A stretch of DNA of 64,000 nucleotides from Macrostomum lignano (GCA_002269645.1 NIVC01000846.1:62001-126000), one strand, 5' to 3'. Positions 25,864 through 39,484 are shown, numbered from the stretch's first letter. A program made the numbers and translations. The notes: generated by a model not told the origin, from the sequence alone.

Positions 25864-26163
25864 CTCTTCCAGTGCAGCCTCAACGCTGTCGTTGTCGGCC
25901 ACGCTGACCGCGGCAAAGAACTGGTCGGGTGCAGCGGCCACCCGAACAAGGCAGGCGTGCACCAGATCGGGCACAATGGCCAGAGACAAGCAGGCAAAGT
26001 CCAGCGCCTCCTGAACCATGTGATTGGCCGTGACAAAATCTGTGTCGGTGATGCCGCACTGATCGAACGACATTTTCTCTTTGATGAAGCGTTCAACGAA
26101 GCTGGGCACGCTGCGATCTACCAGGTTATTGTGCGTGTCGCTCATGAAGTGGTCCAGAAAGTC
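25864..26163 (-). CDS. Cytochrome P450-fold protein, exon 3 (G-J helix region)
   Basis: Acceptor actcag| at 26164, donor GAG|gtctga at 25863, phase 0/0; ends ...VEAALEE just before IIR. Confidence 0.72.
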
Positions 26164-26229
26164 CTGAGTTCGATTGGTTGCAGGGGGTGTCGTATAGATA
26201 TATAGAGAGCTTGTGAATTCAAATACAAG

Positions 26230-27310
26230 GGAAAATAGAAGGGAGAGAAGTATGAAGGGAGAATATGAAGGGAGAGAGGAATGATGGCCTGAAAGGATAG
26301 AGGGATAAAGGGATAGATAAAGGTAGGGATAAAGGGAGGGATGAAGGGAGAGAATTGAAGGGAGGAATGAAGGGAGAGAGGAATGAAGGGAGAGATGAAA
26401 GGAGAGAGGAATGAAGGGAGAGAGGAATGAAGGGAGAGAGGAATGAAGGGAGATAAGAATGAAGGGAGAGAGGAAAGAAGGGAGAGAGGAATGAAGGGAG
26501 AGAGGAATGAAGAGAGAGAGGAATGAAGGGAGATAAGAATGAAGGGAGAGATGAAGGGAGAGAGAAATGAAGGGAGATAAGAATGAAGGGAGAGAGTAAT
26601 GAAGGGAGATAAGAATGAAGGGAGAGAGGAATGAAGGGAGAGAGGAATGAAGGGAGATAAGAATGAAGGGAAAGATGAAGGGAGAGAGGAATGAAGGGAG
26701 AGAGTAATGAAGGGAAAGAGGAATTAAGGGATGGAGGAATGAAGGGAGAGAAGAATGAAGGGAGATAAGAATGAGGGGAGAGATGAAGGGAGAGAAGAAT
26801 GAAGGGAGATAAGAATGAAGGGAGAGAGTAATGAAGGGAGAGAGGAATGAAGGGAGAGAAGAATGAAGGGAGAGAATAATGAAGGGAGAGAGGAATGAAG
26901 GGAGAGAGGAATGAAGGGAGAAAGGAATGAAGGGAGATAGGAATGAAGGGATGGAGGAATGAAGGGAGAGAATAATGAAGGGAGAGAAGAATGAAGGGAG
27001 AGAGTAATGAAGGGAGAGAGGAATGAAGGGAGAGAGGAATGAAGGGAGAAAGGAATGAAGGGAGATAGGAATGAAGGGAGAGAGTAATGAAGGGAGAGAG
27101 GAATGAAGGGAGAGAGGAATGAAGGGAGAAAGGAATGAAGGGAGATAGGAATGAAGGGATGGAGGAATGAAGGGACATGGAAATGAAGGGAGAGAGGAAT
27201 GAAGGGAGAAAGGAATGAAGGGAGATAGGAATGAAGGGATGGAGAAATGAAGGGACATGGAAATGAAGGGAGAAAAAAGAGAAAGGGTGAAAGAAGGGAA
27301 GAGGGAAGAC
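26230..27310. repeat. Purine-rich about 16-bp minisatellite (GAATGAAGGGAGAGAG) in P450-like intron 2
   Basis: Tandem copies read directly. Confidence 0.93.
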
Positions 27311-27386
27311 AGAGAAGAAGAAGCAATAGAAAAAAAGTGGCGCAGTACTCAAAATAGCCCAATGCGAAATCTGACGGAACTCTCAC

Positions 27387-27820
27387 CCGGATCTCGCCGT
27401 GCAGATCCTCCTGCAGTCGGTGCATTCTGTTCCCGTCGCAATTGGGATTGAGCAGGTGAGCGGAGCGGAAGAAGGCCATGTACTTGTCCAAGATGCTGTC
27501 CAACTGCGGCTGCAGGTCATCGCACAGGTCGGAGCCGCCGAACACGGCGTCCAGCAGGTAGGCTCGGACGATGCCGGACACAACCGACTCGTCAATAAAC
27601 GCGCTGGCGTTATCGGCCGAGACTTTGCTGTCTGCATTGTTGCCGTCGCCGTCGCCGTCGCCGCGTAGCCGGTCGCCAAGGCAGGCGAGCGCTTCGTCAA
27701 CGCAGTTGCCAAGCAGAGCGTGCGAGTGCAGCAGATCGTCCACTGCGAATCGCGAAAGCAGGCCGACAACGCGAAGCTCTTCGTAGTTCAAAGAGTATAC
27801 CGTTGTGGCCTTCCAGTCGT
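27387..27820 (-). CDS. Cytochrome P450-fold protein, exon 2
   Basis: Pyrimidine-rich acceptor ccccccag| at 27821 (phase 1), donor CGG|gtgaga at 27386 (phase 0); GC-rich open frame. Confidence 0.72.
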
Positions 27821-27849
27821 CTGGGGGGAGGGGGACGGGAGATAGATAA

Positions 27850-28195
27850 TTATCATCACCACTGTGATGATTATAGCTTATCATCAGCATAATCATCATC
27901 ATAATAATCATAATCATAATCACATTTATCATCATAATTATCTTCATAATCATAATAATCATCATCATCATCATCATCATTAACATAATCATCATATCTA
28001 ATAAATATTATCATCATCATAATCATCATAATCATCCTCAAAATCATCATAATCATAATTACTCGTATTATCATTATCATTATCATTATCAGAATCATCA
28101 TCATCATAATTATCATCATAATCATCATAATCATCATAATTATAATAATCATCATCATCATTATCATAATTATCATCATAATCATAATAATATTC
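27850..28195. repeat. (ATC/ATA)n microsatellite in P450-like intron 1
   Basis: Direct reading. Confidence 0.9.
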
Positions 28196-28272
28196 ACCAG
28201 ATCTTTACAATCGTAAACAACACCAGGCAATTTTTATTACACAAAAGGTTTGGATACTCGCCGATTACTCAC

Positions 28273-28648
28273 CAAAGGCCAGGTGAGGCCTTGCATAAAT
28301 CAGCTTGGAGGTGAATGCAGAGCTATAAACCACATCAGCTTGGCTGACAACAAACAGCCAGTCTCGTCGCTTATTAAATTCAACCAGCACGAATGGCTCG
28401 GTGAACTGGCGCAGGAATTCCCCAAGTAGCAGACTGGTTGGTGTCACCCGACACACTGTTGCCATTGGAAACCTCACATTCTTGCGCGTAATATACCAGG
28501 CAGTAAAGAATAACAAGACCAGAAATAGAGCTAGAATGAAGAGTACTTTAAGCAGAAAATCACTGGACTTGTTGTTTGAGAACACGCCTTCATATTGTGG
28601 CCTGTAGTCCTCACTAGTGAAGGTCTGAGATGGCATACCATTTTCCAT
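28273..28648 (-). CDS. Cytochrome P450-fold protein, exon 1 (N-terminal membrane anchor)
   Basis: ATG at 28648; hydrophobic FLLKVLFILALFLVLLFFTAWYI anchor, then LGEFLRQF..PFVLVEF; donor G|gtgagt at 28272 (phase 1); spliced CDS is 1479 nt (492 aa). Confidence 0.72.
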
Positions 28649-31324
28649 TGTTCAAGTTTTTTAGCTAGAAAGAAAAGGAAGATTGATTGGTTAGGCAATG
28701 ATATTTCACTTTAATTTTTAAATATAAAAAACGACAAAGGTTGTTTAAAACTCTAAAAATCTTTAGCAAATATTTTTAGCAGAATGAATGAAAAAGAAAA
28801 AAGAAAAACAAGTTTAAAAAAAACAAAGTATTTTTTCTTTTTGACACACTAACTTCTAACTATAAAATTGGTTGTTCTAATCTTGACTTATACTAATTGA
28901 TATAAATAATAGTATCAAAATGATTATTACATTCATTTATAAAGGAAAATTTGATTTACAAATAATTCTTGCATAATTTTTATCTTTATAAACAACTAAC
29001 TTTACTACGTCATAAAAGTATAAAAGTCAAAACTTCAACGACAACTATTTGTATTAAGTATTATTTACTTTTATAGTTACTGGATATAAAAAATAAAGTG
29101 CGCAGACAAAAAATGTCTTGATTTCAAATCATGCACTGACAATAACATCTAAATATGAATAAATATGATATATCCATTTATAATAATGAGATCTTCTGAC
29201 TTATTGTTATTGACTAAGCATCTATAATTTGCAAAAGCATGACCTTAGTGCACTATAGTATAAGGTAGCAAGCAGCTTTTCGTATGCTTTCATAATTCTA
29301 TTTCAATGAACTAAAAATTAAACAGAAAAAATTTTATTACAATTGTGACTCAATATGCATGATCGCCATTTTTAAAGACATAAAGTTATACGAAAATATA
29401 AATACATTCAAATTATCGTTAATAATGCAATTTCGCCTAATTTTTTAGTTCTGTCAAGTACACACTAACGTTTAGTCAATATTAACATATTTTTCTGTTG
29501 TATAGAATTAGTTTTTCTCCAAAAACTGTAAGAGTGAGATAAAATATTTTGTTAAGTCTTACAAAACGTTTGAACCGAAAGCCGGTACCCGAAAGTTTCT
29601 TAAATCTACGGAAACAATTTGAAGCATTGCTAATTTAAAATAAATAAATAAAGTACGCACGTAAGATTTTTGACTGGAACACTTCAATAAACAATAAACT
29701 TATTCTGGAGCTACATATGTTGTCTAATGGTTTCGCAAAAAATGTTATTCTTGCTTGATTGTCAATGTTAAATAAACGCACTCGTGAAGTCAATCATAAC
29801 ACACTCGTGGATTAAATAACTCAATAATCATGATACACGATGATACATGTACATATAGCCTTTTTAGTTGGCAACGACATTGATTTTGCATTGTCAATAG
29901 ACATTATACAAGCAAGAGCTTCCAAAAAGAATTAAATTCTATTTACCATTTACATCTATATCAATCAAACAGCCTTACTCTTTAGAAGCAAATGAAAGAA
30001 ACACTTCAATCTGATTTTATAAGTGTGCAGTGGGTCACTTATTTATGCACCACGTACGTACATGTACAAATATGAGGTAAAATTATTTCGGTCTGAAATT
30101 GCGAGAGTACAATATACGGAATAATGAATTTAAATCTGTTAAACAGCCCAACAAAGTAGGAAAGGGACGACCGTTGCACACTAAAAAACGTTTTAATTCT
30201 AGTCCAGAAGTTGCATGGCCGACTAGAACTGGGAGCTTCTCTAACTAAGAGGAGAGGTCGATCAGAGACTTTGAGGAGAGCGAGAAGAATTGGAAGCGAT
30301 ACAGACAACATGCGAGCTTTAAGCCTTGATCTTTCACTGCTTCTTGTTGCCACCTGCCACTGGCTAAGCAGCTTTTTAGGCCCCTAGGTATTAACAGCAG
30401 AGAAGCTCCAGCGAGAGAAGATGAGTCGGGGATTGGGAGTTGGGGATAATTGAAAGCTAAACCACTCAAACGATTGATGACTTTGCTAAAAAGAGGGGCG
30501 AAATGAGATATGGGATATATATGTTAAAGAGAGGCAATAAGGGGGCGGGCGTACAAGACAGTGGATCCCTTAGAGAGCAAAGTGAATTGAGGAGGATAGG
30601 GGAAGTGGGGGGGGCTGCCGACAACTCAGCAACGTGCCGCGAAGCTGACTCAGTTTGGGGAGAGGCAGGAGGAGCAGATGCGATGAAGCTCAACCGGAGA
30701 CTGAGAAAGCAAGGGGTGGGGGGGGAGGAAGACACGCGGACACCTGGCTAGCTGCTGGTTTAGCCTCTACTTAAAACTCTTTGATCTGTAATTTGCTGAA
30801 GTAGCAACAATTCAAGATTAAATGTCTGTCTTACCCATCTATCCCCTTCGCTCCCCTGGCCTACTCGTAATAGGCTGATCTCAGAGAGCTGAGTGCTTTT
30901 AGTCGAATATCATCCAGCTGAGTCCTGAGGGGGGGGGGCATCACTGCGCAGAACTGTTATTTAACGCGAGGCCATATCGGCGCTGGCTTTTTTGCCTGTT
31001 AAAGCTTTCAACTCATCATCATCATCTGCCTAATAGAGACTTAATTCCCAGCTGCGATTGTAGTTTTTAAAAAGGCTTGTCGGATTAGACATTGTGCGAG
31101 ATGCGGGGGCTGCAATATTTTATTATTCCCTAGTGCTGGAGCTCAGGTGCACATCGAATCTCGCCCTTCCCCACGCCCTCGAAGTGACCAATTATTTGTT
31201 TGACCGGCCTCTCAGTTAGTGGCTGCCCCCCCCCCCCTAGTTCATGCTTTTTGTGCCAAAATAGGCCTTCTGGCTGGGCAAGTTATAATTTGCTGAATTT
31301 GAAAGCTGAGTTGCAGATTTTTAG

Positions 31325-32635
31325 ACATAGACAGAACACAGTAGCACTGCAGACACAGAGTAGCACTGCAGACACAGAGTAGCACTGCAGACACAGAGTA
31401 GCACTGCAGACACAGAGTAGCACTGCATGGACACAGAGTAGCACTGCAGACACAGAGTAGCACTGCAGACACAGAGTAGCACTGCAGACACAGAGTAGCA
31501 CTGCAGACACAGAGTAGCACTGCAGACACAGAGTAGCACTGCAGACACAGAGTAGCACTGCAGACACAGAGTAGCACTGCAGACACAGAGTAGCACTGCA
31601 GACGCAGATTAGCACTGCAGACACAGAGTAGCACTGCAGACACAGAGTAGCACTGCAGACACAGAGTAGCACTGCAGACACAGAGTAGCACTGCATGGAC
31701 ACAGAGTAGCACTGCAGACACAGAGTAGCACTGCAGACACAGAGTAGCACTGCAGACACAGAGTAGCACTGCAGACACAGAGTAGCACTGCAGACACAGA
31801 GTAGCACTGCAGACACATAGTAGCACTGCAGACACAGAGTAGCACTGCAGACACAGAGTAGCACTGCAGACGCAGATTAGCACTGCAGACACAGAGTAGC
31901 ACTGCAGACACAGAGTAGCACTGCAGACACAGAGTAGCATTGCAGACACAGAGTAGCACTGCAGACACAGAGTAGCACTGCAGACACAGAGTAGCACTGC
32001 ATGGACACAGAGTAGCACTGCATGGACACAGAGTAGCACTGCATGGACACAGAGTAGCACTGCATGGACACAGAGTAGCACTGCATGGACACAGAGTAGC
32101 ACTGCAGACACAGAGTAGCACTGCATGGACACAGAGTAGCACTGCATGGACACAGAGTAGCACTGCATGGACACAGAGTAGCACTGCAGACACAGAGTAG
32201 CACTGCATGGACACAGAGTAGCACTGCAGACACAGAGTAGCACTGCAGACACAGAGTAGCACTGCAGACACAGAGTAGCACTGCAGACACAGAGTAGCAC
32301 TGCAGACACAGAGTAGCACTGCATGGACACAGAGTAGCACTGCAGACACAGAGTAGCACTGCAGACACAGAGTAGCACTGCATAGACACAGAGTAGCACT
32401 GCAGACACAGAGTAGCACTGCAGACACAGAGTAGCACTGCAGACACAGAGTAGCACTGCAGACACACAGTAGCACTGCAGACACAGAGTAGCACTGCAGA
32501 CACAGAGTAGCACTGCAGACACAGAGTAGCACTGCAGACACAGAGTAGCACTGCATGGACACAGAGTAGCACTGCAGACACAGAGTAGCACTGCATGGAC
32601 ACAGAGTAGCACTGCAGACACAGAGTAGCACTGCT
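31325..32635. repeat. 19/21-bp minisatellite (GCACTGCAGACACAGAGTA)
   Basis: Highly homogeneous tandem copies. Confidence 0.97.
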
Positions 32636-33594
32636 AGTGAAGTAATTTTAGCCAACCTGCAGTTAATTAAAAATCCAATTTAATCTGGTTTTTAAGCTGG
32701 TGAAGAGGTGGCTTATAGCAATTACCAGATACAGGTGTATCGCTTCGAGTTTCTAATTGGAAAAATTATCCAACCCCTCCGTCATAAAAGAAAAGAAATT
32801 AATTTTTTCCGCCAGTCGGTTCGACAGCCAGGCAAAGGAAACGCGAATATTGCTTCGATTTAGTTAGTAAGGCCTGCTTCTTAGCTGAAAAAATTGACTC
32901 ACACCCCAACCAGAAATGCCGTCTCCGTTATCATTAAAGGATTAAACAGGGCCTCCATCTACCATGTTGTCTTGAGGAGGAGAGAAGAGGGACAGGCAGA
33001 CAGATCGAGAGGGACGCCCCTCAGTGTTTTGTCCATATCAATTATGACAGATTTCCCTTTTATAAATCCATACCTGCCTTGGTCGCCTTAAAAATCCTCA
33101 AACACGTCTCAAATCCCAGCCTTTTAATGCGATAAGTTGGCCCCGCCCCTCCCCCCCCGCGCTGTCAAGCATTGCGTCACAGTCGTTTTTATGACTGACG
33201 AATCCTCAGGGTCTTCGCTTGCATTTGCTGGATTACATATTTAGCTAGCATGGGTTGAGAATATTAATGCACAGGTTGTGTTTAACGGAGAACACACCTG
33301 CCAACAGGCATACTGTAAACAGTCGCTAATTTAGACTTGAATTGCGCCAACAAAAAGTGCTAAGTGCTTCGATTTTTACTTTGTGATTGTCCGGGCACAC
33401 ACGTGGTGGATAGGATAAGTGGCATAAAAACAATGCGCAGTTCACTCACACGGCATGGCCAGTAAAAGCAGACTGAAGCGATTACAGAGGGACGATCAAA
33501 AGAGGCAAGTTTTATGGAGTGACAGTTGAATAGTGACCTCTGGATGGAGATGGGCAAGTTGGGAGTGAATAGTTTCGAATGATAGTATGGGAGT

Positions 33595-34810
33595 GGCGGT
33601 TTGAGAGTGACAGTTTGAGAGTGACGGTTTGAGAGTGACAGTTTGAGAGTGACAGTTTGAGAGTGACAGTTTGAGAGTGACAGTTTGAGAGTGACGGTTT
33701 GAGAGTGACGGTTTGAGAGTGACAGTTTCTGAGCGACAGTTTCTGAGCGACAGTTTGAGAGTGAGTTTGGGAGTGACAGTTTAGGAGTGACAGTTTCTAA
33801 GTGATAGTTTGAGAGTGACAGTTTGGAAGTGATAGCTTAGGGGTGAAAGTTTGTGTGTGAAAGCTCGCTAGTAACTGTTCGGGAGTGACAGAATGTTATT
33901 AGTAGTTTTGGAGTGACACTTCGGGAGTGACGGAACTTAAGTGACAGAATGTGAGTGACAGAATAAGAGTGGCAGAATGTGAGTGACAGAATAAGAGTGA
34001 CATAATGTGAGTGACAGAATGCGAGTAAAAGCATGTGAGTGACAGAATGTAAGTGACAAAATGCAGTGACAGAATGTGAGTGACAGCATGTGAGTGACAG
34101 AATATGAGTGACAGCATGTGAGTGACAGAGTATGAGTGACAGAATGTGAGTGACAGAATGAGAGTGACAGCATGTGAGTGACAGCATGTGAGTGACAGAG
34201 TATGAGTGACAGAATGTGAGTGACAGAATGAGAGTGACAGCATGTGAGTGACAGCATGTGAGTGACAGAGTATGAGTGACAGAATATGAGTGACAGAATG
34301 TGAGTGACAGCATGTGAGTGACAGAATATGAGTGACAGAATGTGAGTGACAGAGTATGAGTGACAGAATATGAGTGACAGAATGTGAGTGACAGAATGAG
34401 AGTGACAGAATGAGAGTGACAGAATGTGAATGACAGCATGTGAGTGACAGAGTATGAGTGACAGAATATGAGTGACTGAATGTGAATGACAGAATGAGAG
34501 TGACAGCATGTGAGTGACAGAATGGGAGTGACAGCATTTGAGTGACAGAATGAGAGTGACAGCATGTGAGTGACAGCATGTGAGTGACAGAATGTGAGTG
34601 ACAGAATATGAGTGACAGAATGTGAGTGACAGAATGTGAGTGACAGCATGTGAGTGACAGAATGTGAGTGACAGAATATGAGTGACAGAATGTGAGTGAC
34701 AGCATGTGAGTGACAGAATTTAAGTGACAAAATGCAGTGACAGAATGTGAGGACAGAATGCATCGACAGAATTTAAGTGACAAAATGCAGTGACAGAATA
34801 TGAGTGACAG
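33595..34810. repeat. 14-bp minisatellites with a GAGTGACAG core (GAGTGACAGTTTGA, then GAGTGACAGAATGT)
   Basis: Two adjacent sub-arrays. Confidence 0.93.
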
Positions 34811-35644
34811 TTGAGCAGGGAATGCAAGTGGGCAGCAATGAGCTGGAATTATCTAGAATCCACCCGCCTGAGACCTAAACGCAATCCAGCTCAGGAATCG
34901 AATTCGTCACACCCTACGGTCCCCCTGACAAATCTGATGAAGCGAACTCGAAGCCGTCCTCCCCAGCAATTATTTAAGCTATTAGAAGCAGAAGCTGCTG
35001 CTAGCCAACAGCAAGGTGCACACTGAGTGTAAGGAAACACGCCAGACGCAACAGGAGGAAGGAACACAAGGCCTGCTGCTCTGCGCTCGCCACTTTTCCA
35101 GTTCGTGTTGCTAATTTCTCTCTAAAACTGTCCCCAAACTGCTGCAAGCCACTGCTCATTGCTTGGCTTTGTCTTCCGCCAAGCTTTTATCAATTGGGCG
35201 GGCGGAAATCCGATCTGGAACTTGTTGGATAGAAAATTACAGCCTTCCGATCTGGTTTAGCCTCGCCTCAGTCCATGCACCCCCCCCTCCCCAGCGATTC
35301 GGCATAATTGCTTAGCTATTAAAAATCTGTGCAGGCAAGCGAACGCCTTCGGGAGACAGGGGGGATCCTGTTGCTAGCCTGAGCGCTTTGCCAGCCTTAG
35401 TAGCCTATTTGTTGTACCATGATGGCCGACAATCATTGTCCAGCAGCTTCAATCAAGTCTGGATGGATTGGCAGATCATCTTTCCGCTGACGTGTGCTAT
35501 TAAAGTAAAAATATTGCCAAACTTGTCAGTAGGGAGGATGGCATTGAAATTTGAAGAAGTCACTACTTAGACTGGCTGTGGAGTGACAGGTTTATGACAT
35601 GGAGGACGGGGTGAAACCAGCTGGGGGAGGGACAAAATACCGAA

Positions 35645-36185
35645 AGAGTGACAGACTAATGGAGTGACAGACTTATGGAGTGACAGGCTAATGGAGTGAC
35701 AGACTTATGGAATGACAGACTAATGGAGTGACAAATTAATGGAGTGACAGATTAATGGAGTGACAGACTAATGGAGTGAAAGATTAATGGAGTAAGAGAC
35801 TAATGGAGTGACGGATTAATATAGTCACATATTAATGGAGTGACAGTTAATGGAGTGACAGTTAATGGAGTGACAGATTATTGGAGTGACAGACTAATTA
35901 TTGGAGTAACAGACTAATGAAGTGACAGACTTATGGAGTGACAGACTTGAGGAGTGACAGGCATGAGAAGTGACAGGCTTGAGGAGTGACAGGCTTGGAG
36001 GAGTGACAGGCATGAGGAGTTACAGGCTTGAGGAGCGACAGGCTTGGAGGAGTGACAGGCTTGAGGAGTGACAGGCTTGAGGAGTGACAGACTTGAGGAG
36101 TGACAGGCTTGAGGAGTAACAGGCATGAGGAGTAACAGGCTTGAGGAGTGAGAGGCATGAGGAGCGACAGGCTTGGAGGAGTGAA
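35645..36185. repeat. About 16-bp minisatellites with a GAGTGACAG core (GGAGTGACAGACTAAT, then GGAGTGACAGGCTTGA)
   Basis: Two adjacent sub-arrays. Confidence 0.9.
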
Positions 36186-36929
36186 AGTCACCCCGCGATT
36201 AACCGAGGCTGAGAATCCCAGAAAAAAGTGATTACACAAGGCAGCAGGTAACTAAGCTTAACAAATTCAATAAAGCGTGCCTCGATCTGCTTGTGCCAGA
36301 CTCTTGATGTCCCAAGGCTCCCAAGCCGAGCTCAATATTAAAATAATAACAGGATCTAATTAAACGGATTAAATTGCAGAGTCGCCAAAAAAGCAAACAC
36401 ACACACAGATGTGAGTGAATGGCACCCTTCATCTCAGGCCAGGATTCGTGCTTGCCAAGTGATGAATTCGGCTGACGTCCCGCTGCGAAGCGTCGGAGAG
36501 GGCCGTGCCGATTGCTTGAAGGAAAGAAGGAAAGAAAGACTATGGGGGATTGGGAAAAGGCATCAGCGGCATTGGCCTCATCAAATCAGCTGGAATGATG
36601 GCTAATAGACTGCAATCACGGATCTCGGGCCTCCCTATCAGCTCCGGGTGATGAGTTGGGGAAACATCTCCGGAAGGCCCTTCCATTTCTGCGACTGTCT
36701 CCTGCGAAAGCAACATCGGCAAGGAAAATTTCTTCATCTGTATATTGTTGCATGTTGCTTTCAGATTTCTGCGCCGTTAATAACCCGGAGAGCGCGGGTC
36801 TTCAACAAGCAGACGGACGTCATAATTTTCAATTCGGCTCAATTTCTTCTTCAGGCCTGCTCAGGCCAACTTCCTTCACTTCCTGACTCGGCTTCTGCAA
36901 TCAGTTCAGCATTTGAAACTGTGAATTTC

Positions 36930-37555
36930 AGCCATGATGAGGGCGGGGTATTTCTCACATTGTAGGGGGAATTTCAGCCATGATGAGGGCGGGGTATTTC
37001 CCGCACTGTAGGGGAATTTCATCCATAATTAGGGCGGGGTATTTCTCACACTGTAAGGGAATTAACTCCATGATTAGGGCGGGTATTTCTCACATTGTAG
37101 GGGGAATTTCAGCCATGATGAGGGCGGGGTATTTCCCAAACTGTAGGGGAATTTCATCCATAATTAGGGCGGGGTATTTCTCACACTGTAGGGGGAAAAT
37201 CATCCATGATTAGGGCGGGTATTTCTCACACTGTAGGGGGAATATCATCCATGATTAGGGCGGGTATTTCTCACACTGTAGGGGGAATATCATCCATGAT
37301 TAGGGCGGGGTATTTCTCACACTGTAAGGGAATTAAATCCATGATTAGGGCGGGGTATTTCTCACACTGTAGGGGGAAAATCATCCATGATTAGGGCGGG
37401 GTATTTCTCACACTGTAAGGGAATTAAATCCATGATTAGGGCGGGGTATTTCTCACACTGTAGGGGGAATATCATCCATGATTAGGGCGGGGTATTTCTC
37501 ACACTGTAAGGGAATTAAATCCATGATTAGGGCGGGGTATTTCTCACACTTTAGA
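36930..37555. repeat. 45-46-bp minisatellite containing GGGCGGGG
   Basis: About 14 copies of CATGATTAGGGCGGGGTATTTCTCACACTGTAGGGGGAATATCATC. Confidence 0.93.
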
Positions 37556-38084
37556 GGAAGCGGTGTCCATCTATTTGAGCTGTCCATGAATCTATTATAA
37601 AAGTACCCCTATTGTCTCAGAGCCAAAACCTGTGCATTAAGTGCCCCTACTATTCATCTTATCGATGCTATCCGATGCCAAAGCAATTTCGCGTGCAGTT
37701 AGTCTTCTGCTTCTGCAATTCGAGGCCATCATATCGAGGCTTTTGAGCAGCCACTCCTCCTCCCGAATAATTCTGAGACGCAATTGTCTCAAGAATCCCG
37801 CGGGGTGCTCAGAACTCGGCCCATTAAAGCTTAACTGATCGCTGAGTTGAGTATATCAGTGATTATTGCCGTCTGAGATACATTGGGCATCAGTTTGCAC
37901 AGCTTTGCAATTCTATCCATTGGACAAGAAGCCGAGTTAGAGATGCCTCCTTAAAATTTGTTGTTGGTTTATTTAGTCTGCAAATAACTCTGTTTGACTT
38001 CAGAATCTCAAAAATTATGAAAGATTTCATAGTTTGTAATTCAATACGGGTTATGCAGATGCAAGTCAATTGTTAACTGGCACC

Positions 38085-39190
38085 AAATGGCGTCAAATGG
38101 AAGTCAAATGGCGTCAAATGGGAGTCAAATGGAAGTCAAATGGAAGTCAAAAGGGAGTCAAATGGGAGTCAAATGGGAGTCAAATGGCGTCAAATGGAAG
38201 TCAAATGAGAGTCAAATGGAAGTCAAATGAGAGTCAAATGGGAGTCAAATGGGAGTCAAATGGGAGTCAAATGGGAGTCAAATGGGAGTCAAATGGAAGT
38301 CAAGTGGTCGTCAAAAGGGGTCAAGTGGTGATCAAATGGCGTCAAGTGGTGATCAAATGGCGTCAAGTGGTGATCAAATGGCATCAAGTGGTGATCAAAT
38401 GGCGTCAAGTGGTGAACAAATGGCGTCAAGTGGTGATCAAATGGCGTCAAGTGGTGATCAAATGGCATCAAGTGGTGATCAAATGGCGTCAAGTGGTGAT
38501 CAAATGGCGTCAAGTGGTGATCAAGTGGCGTCAAGTGGTGATCAAATGGCGTCAAGTGGTGATCAAATGGCGTCAAGTGGTGGTCGGTCAAATTAAAGTC
38601 AAATGGAAGTCAAATGGAAATCAAATGGCGTCAAATGGAAGTGAAACGGCGTCAAATGGAAGTCAAATGGCGTCAAATGAGAGTCAAATGGGAGTCAAAT
38701 GAGAGTCAAATGGAAGTCAAATGGGAGTCAAATGGAAGTCAAATGGCGTCAAATGGGAGTCAAATGGAAGTCAAATGGAAGTCAAAAGGGAGTCAAATGG
38801 GAGTCAAATGGGAGTCAAATGGCGTCAAATGGAAGTCAAATGAGAGTCAAATGGAAGTCAAATGAGAGTCAAATGGGAGTCAAATGGGAGTCAAATGGGA
38901 GTCAAATGGGAGTCAAATGGGAGTCAAATGGGAGTCAAATGGAAGTCAAGTGGTCGTCAAATGGAAGTCAAGTGGTGATCAAGTGGCGTCAAGTGGTGAT
39001 CAAATGGCGTCAAGTGGTGATCAAATGGCGTCAAGTGGTGATCAAATGGCATCAAGTGGTGATCAAATGGCGTCAAGTGGTGATCAAATGGCGTCAAGTG
39101 GTGATCAAATGGCGTCAAGTGGTGGTCGGTCAAATTAAAGTCAAATGGAAGTCAAATGAAAATCAAATGGCGTCAAATGGAAGTGAAACG
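38085..39190. repeat. Composite GTCAAATGG 10/11-bp and 21-bp minisatellite with about 540-bp higher-order duplication
   Basis: Distinctive block GGTCGGTCAAATTAAAG...GTGAAACGGCG recurs at about 38583 and 39124. Confidence 0.92.
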
Positions 39191-39448
39191 GCGCCAACCG
39201 GGAGCCCCCAGTTGTTGCAGCAAAGTCAACCAACTTTCCGCCTTTTCCCGAGCAGAAAGCGACACAGGTGTGGCACAAGTTGAGAAAATTTCTGAGGATC
39301 TTCCAATCCAATGAAAGAGATTAGCGCGGCTGCTTAGGTAACAAAGAGGCACAAAGGGGGGAGAACAGAGGAGAAAGTTAAAACTAGAGGAGAAGCTTCT
39401 GCCACTCACTCCACTAGAAGAAGAAAGAAGCGGAAAGATTAGCGCGGA

Positions 39449-39484
<36 letters not shown>

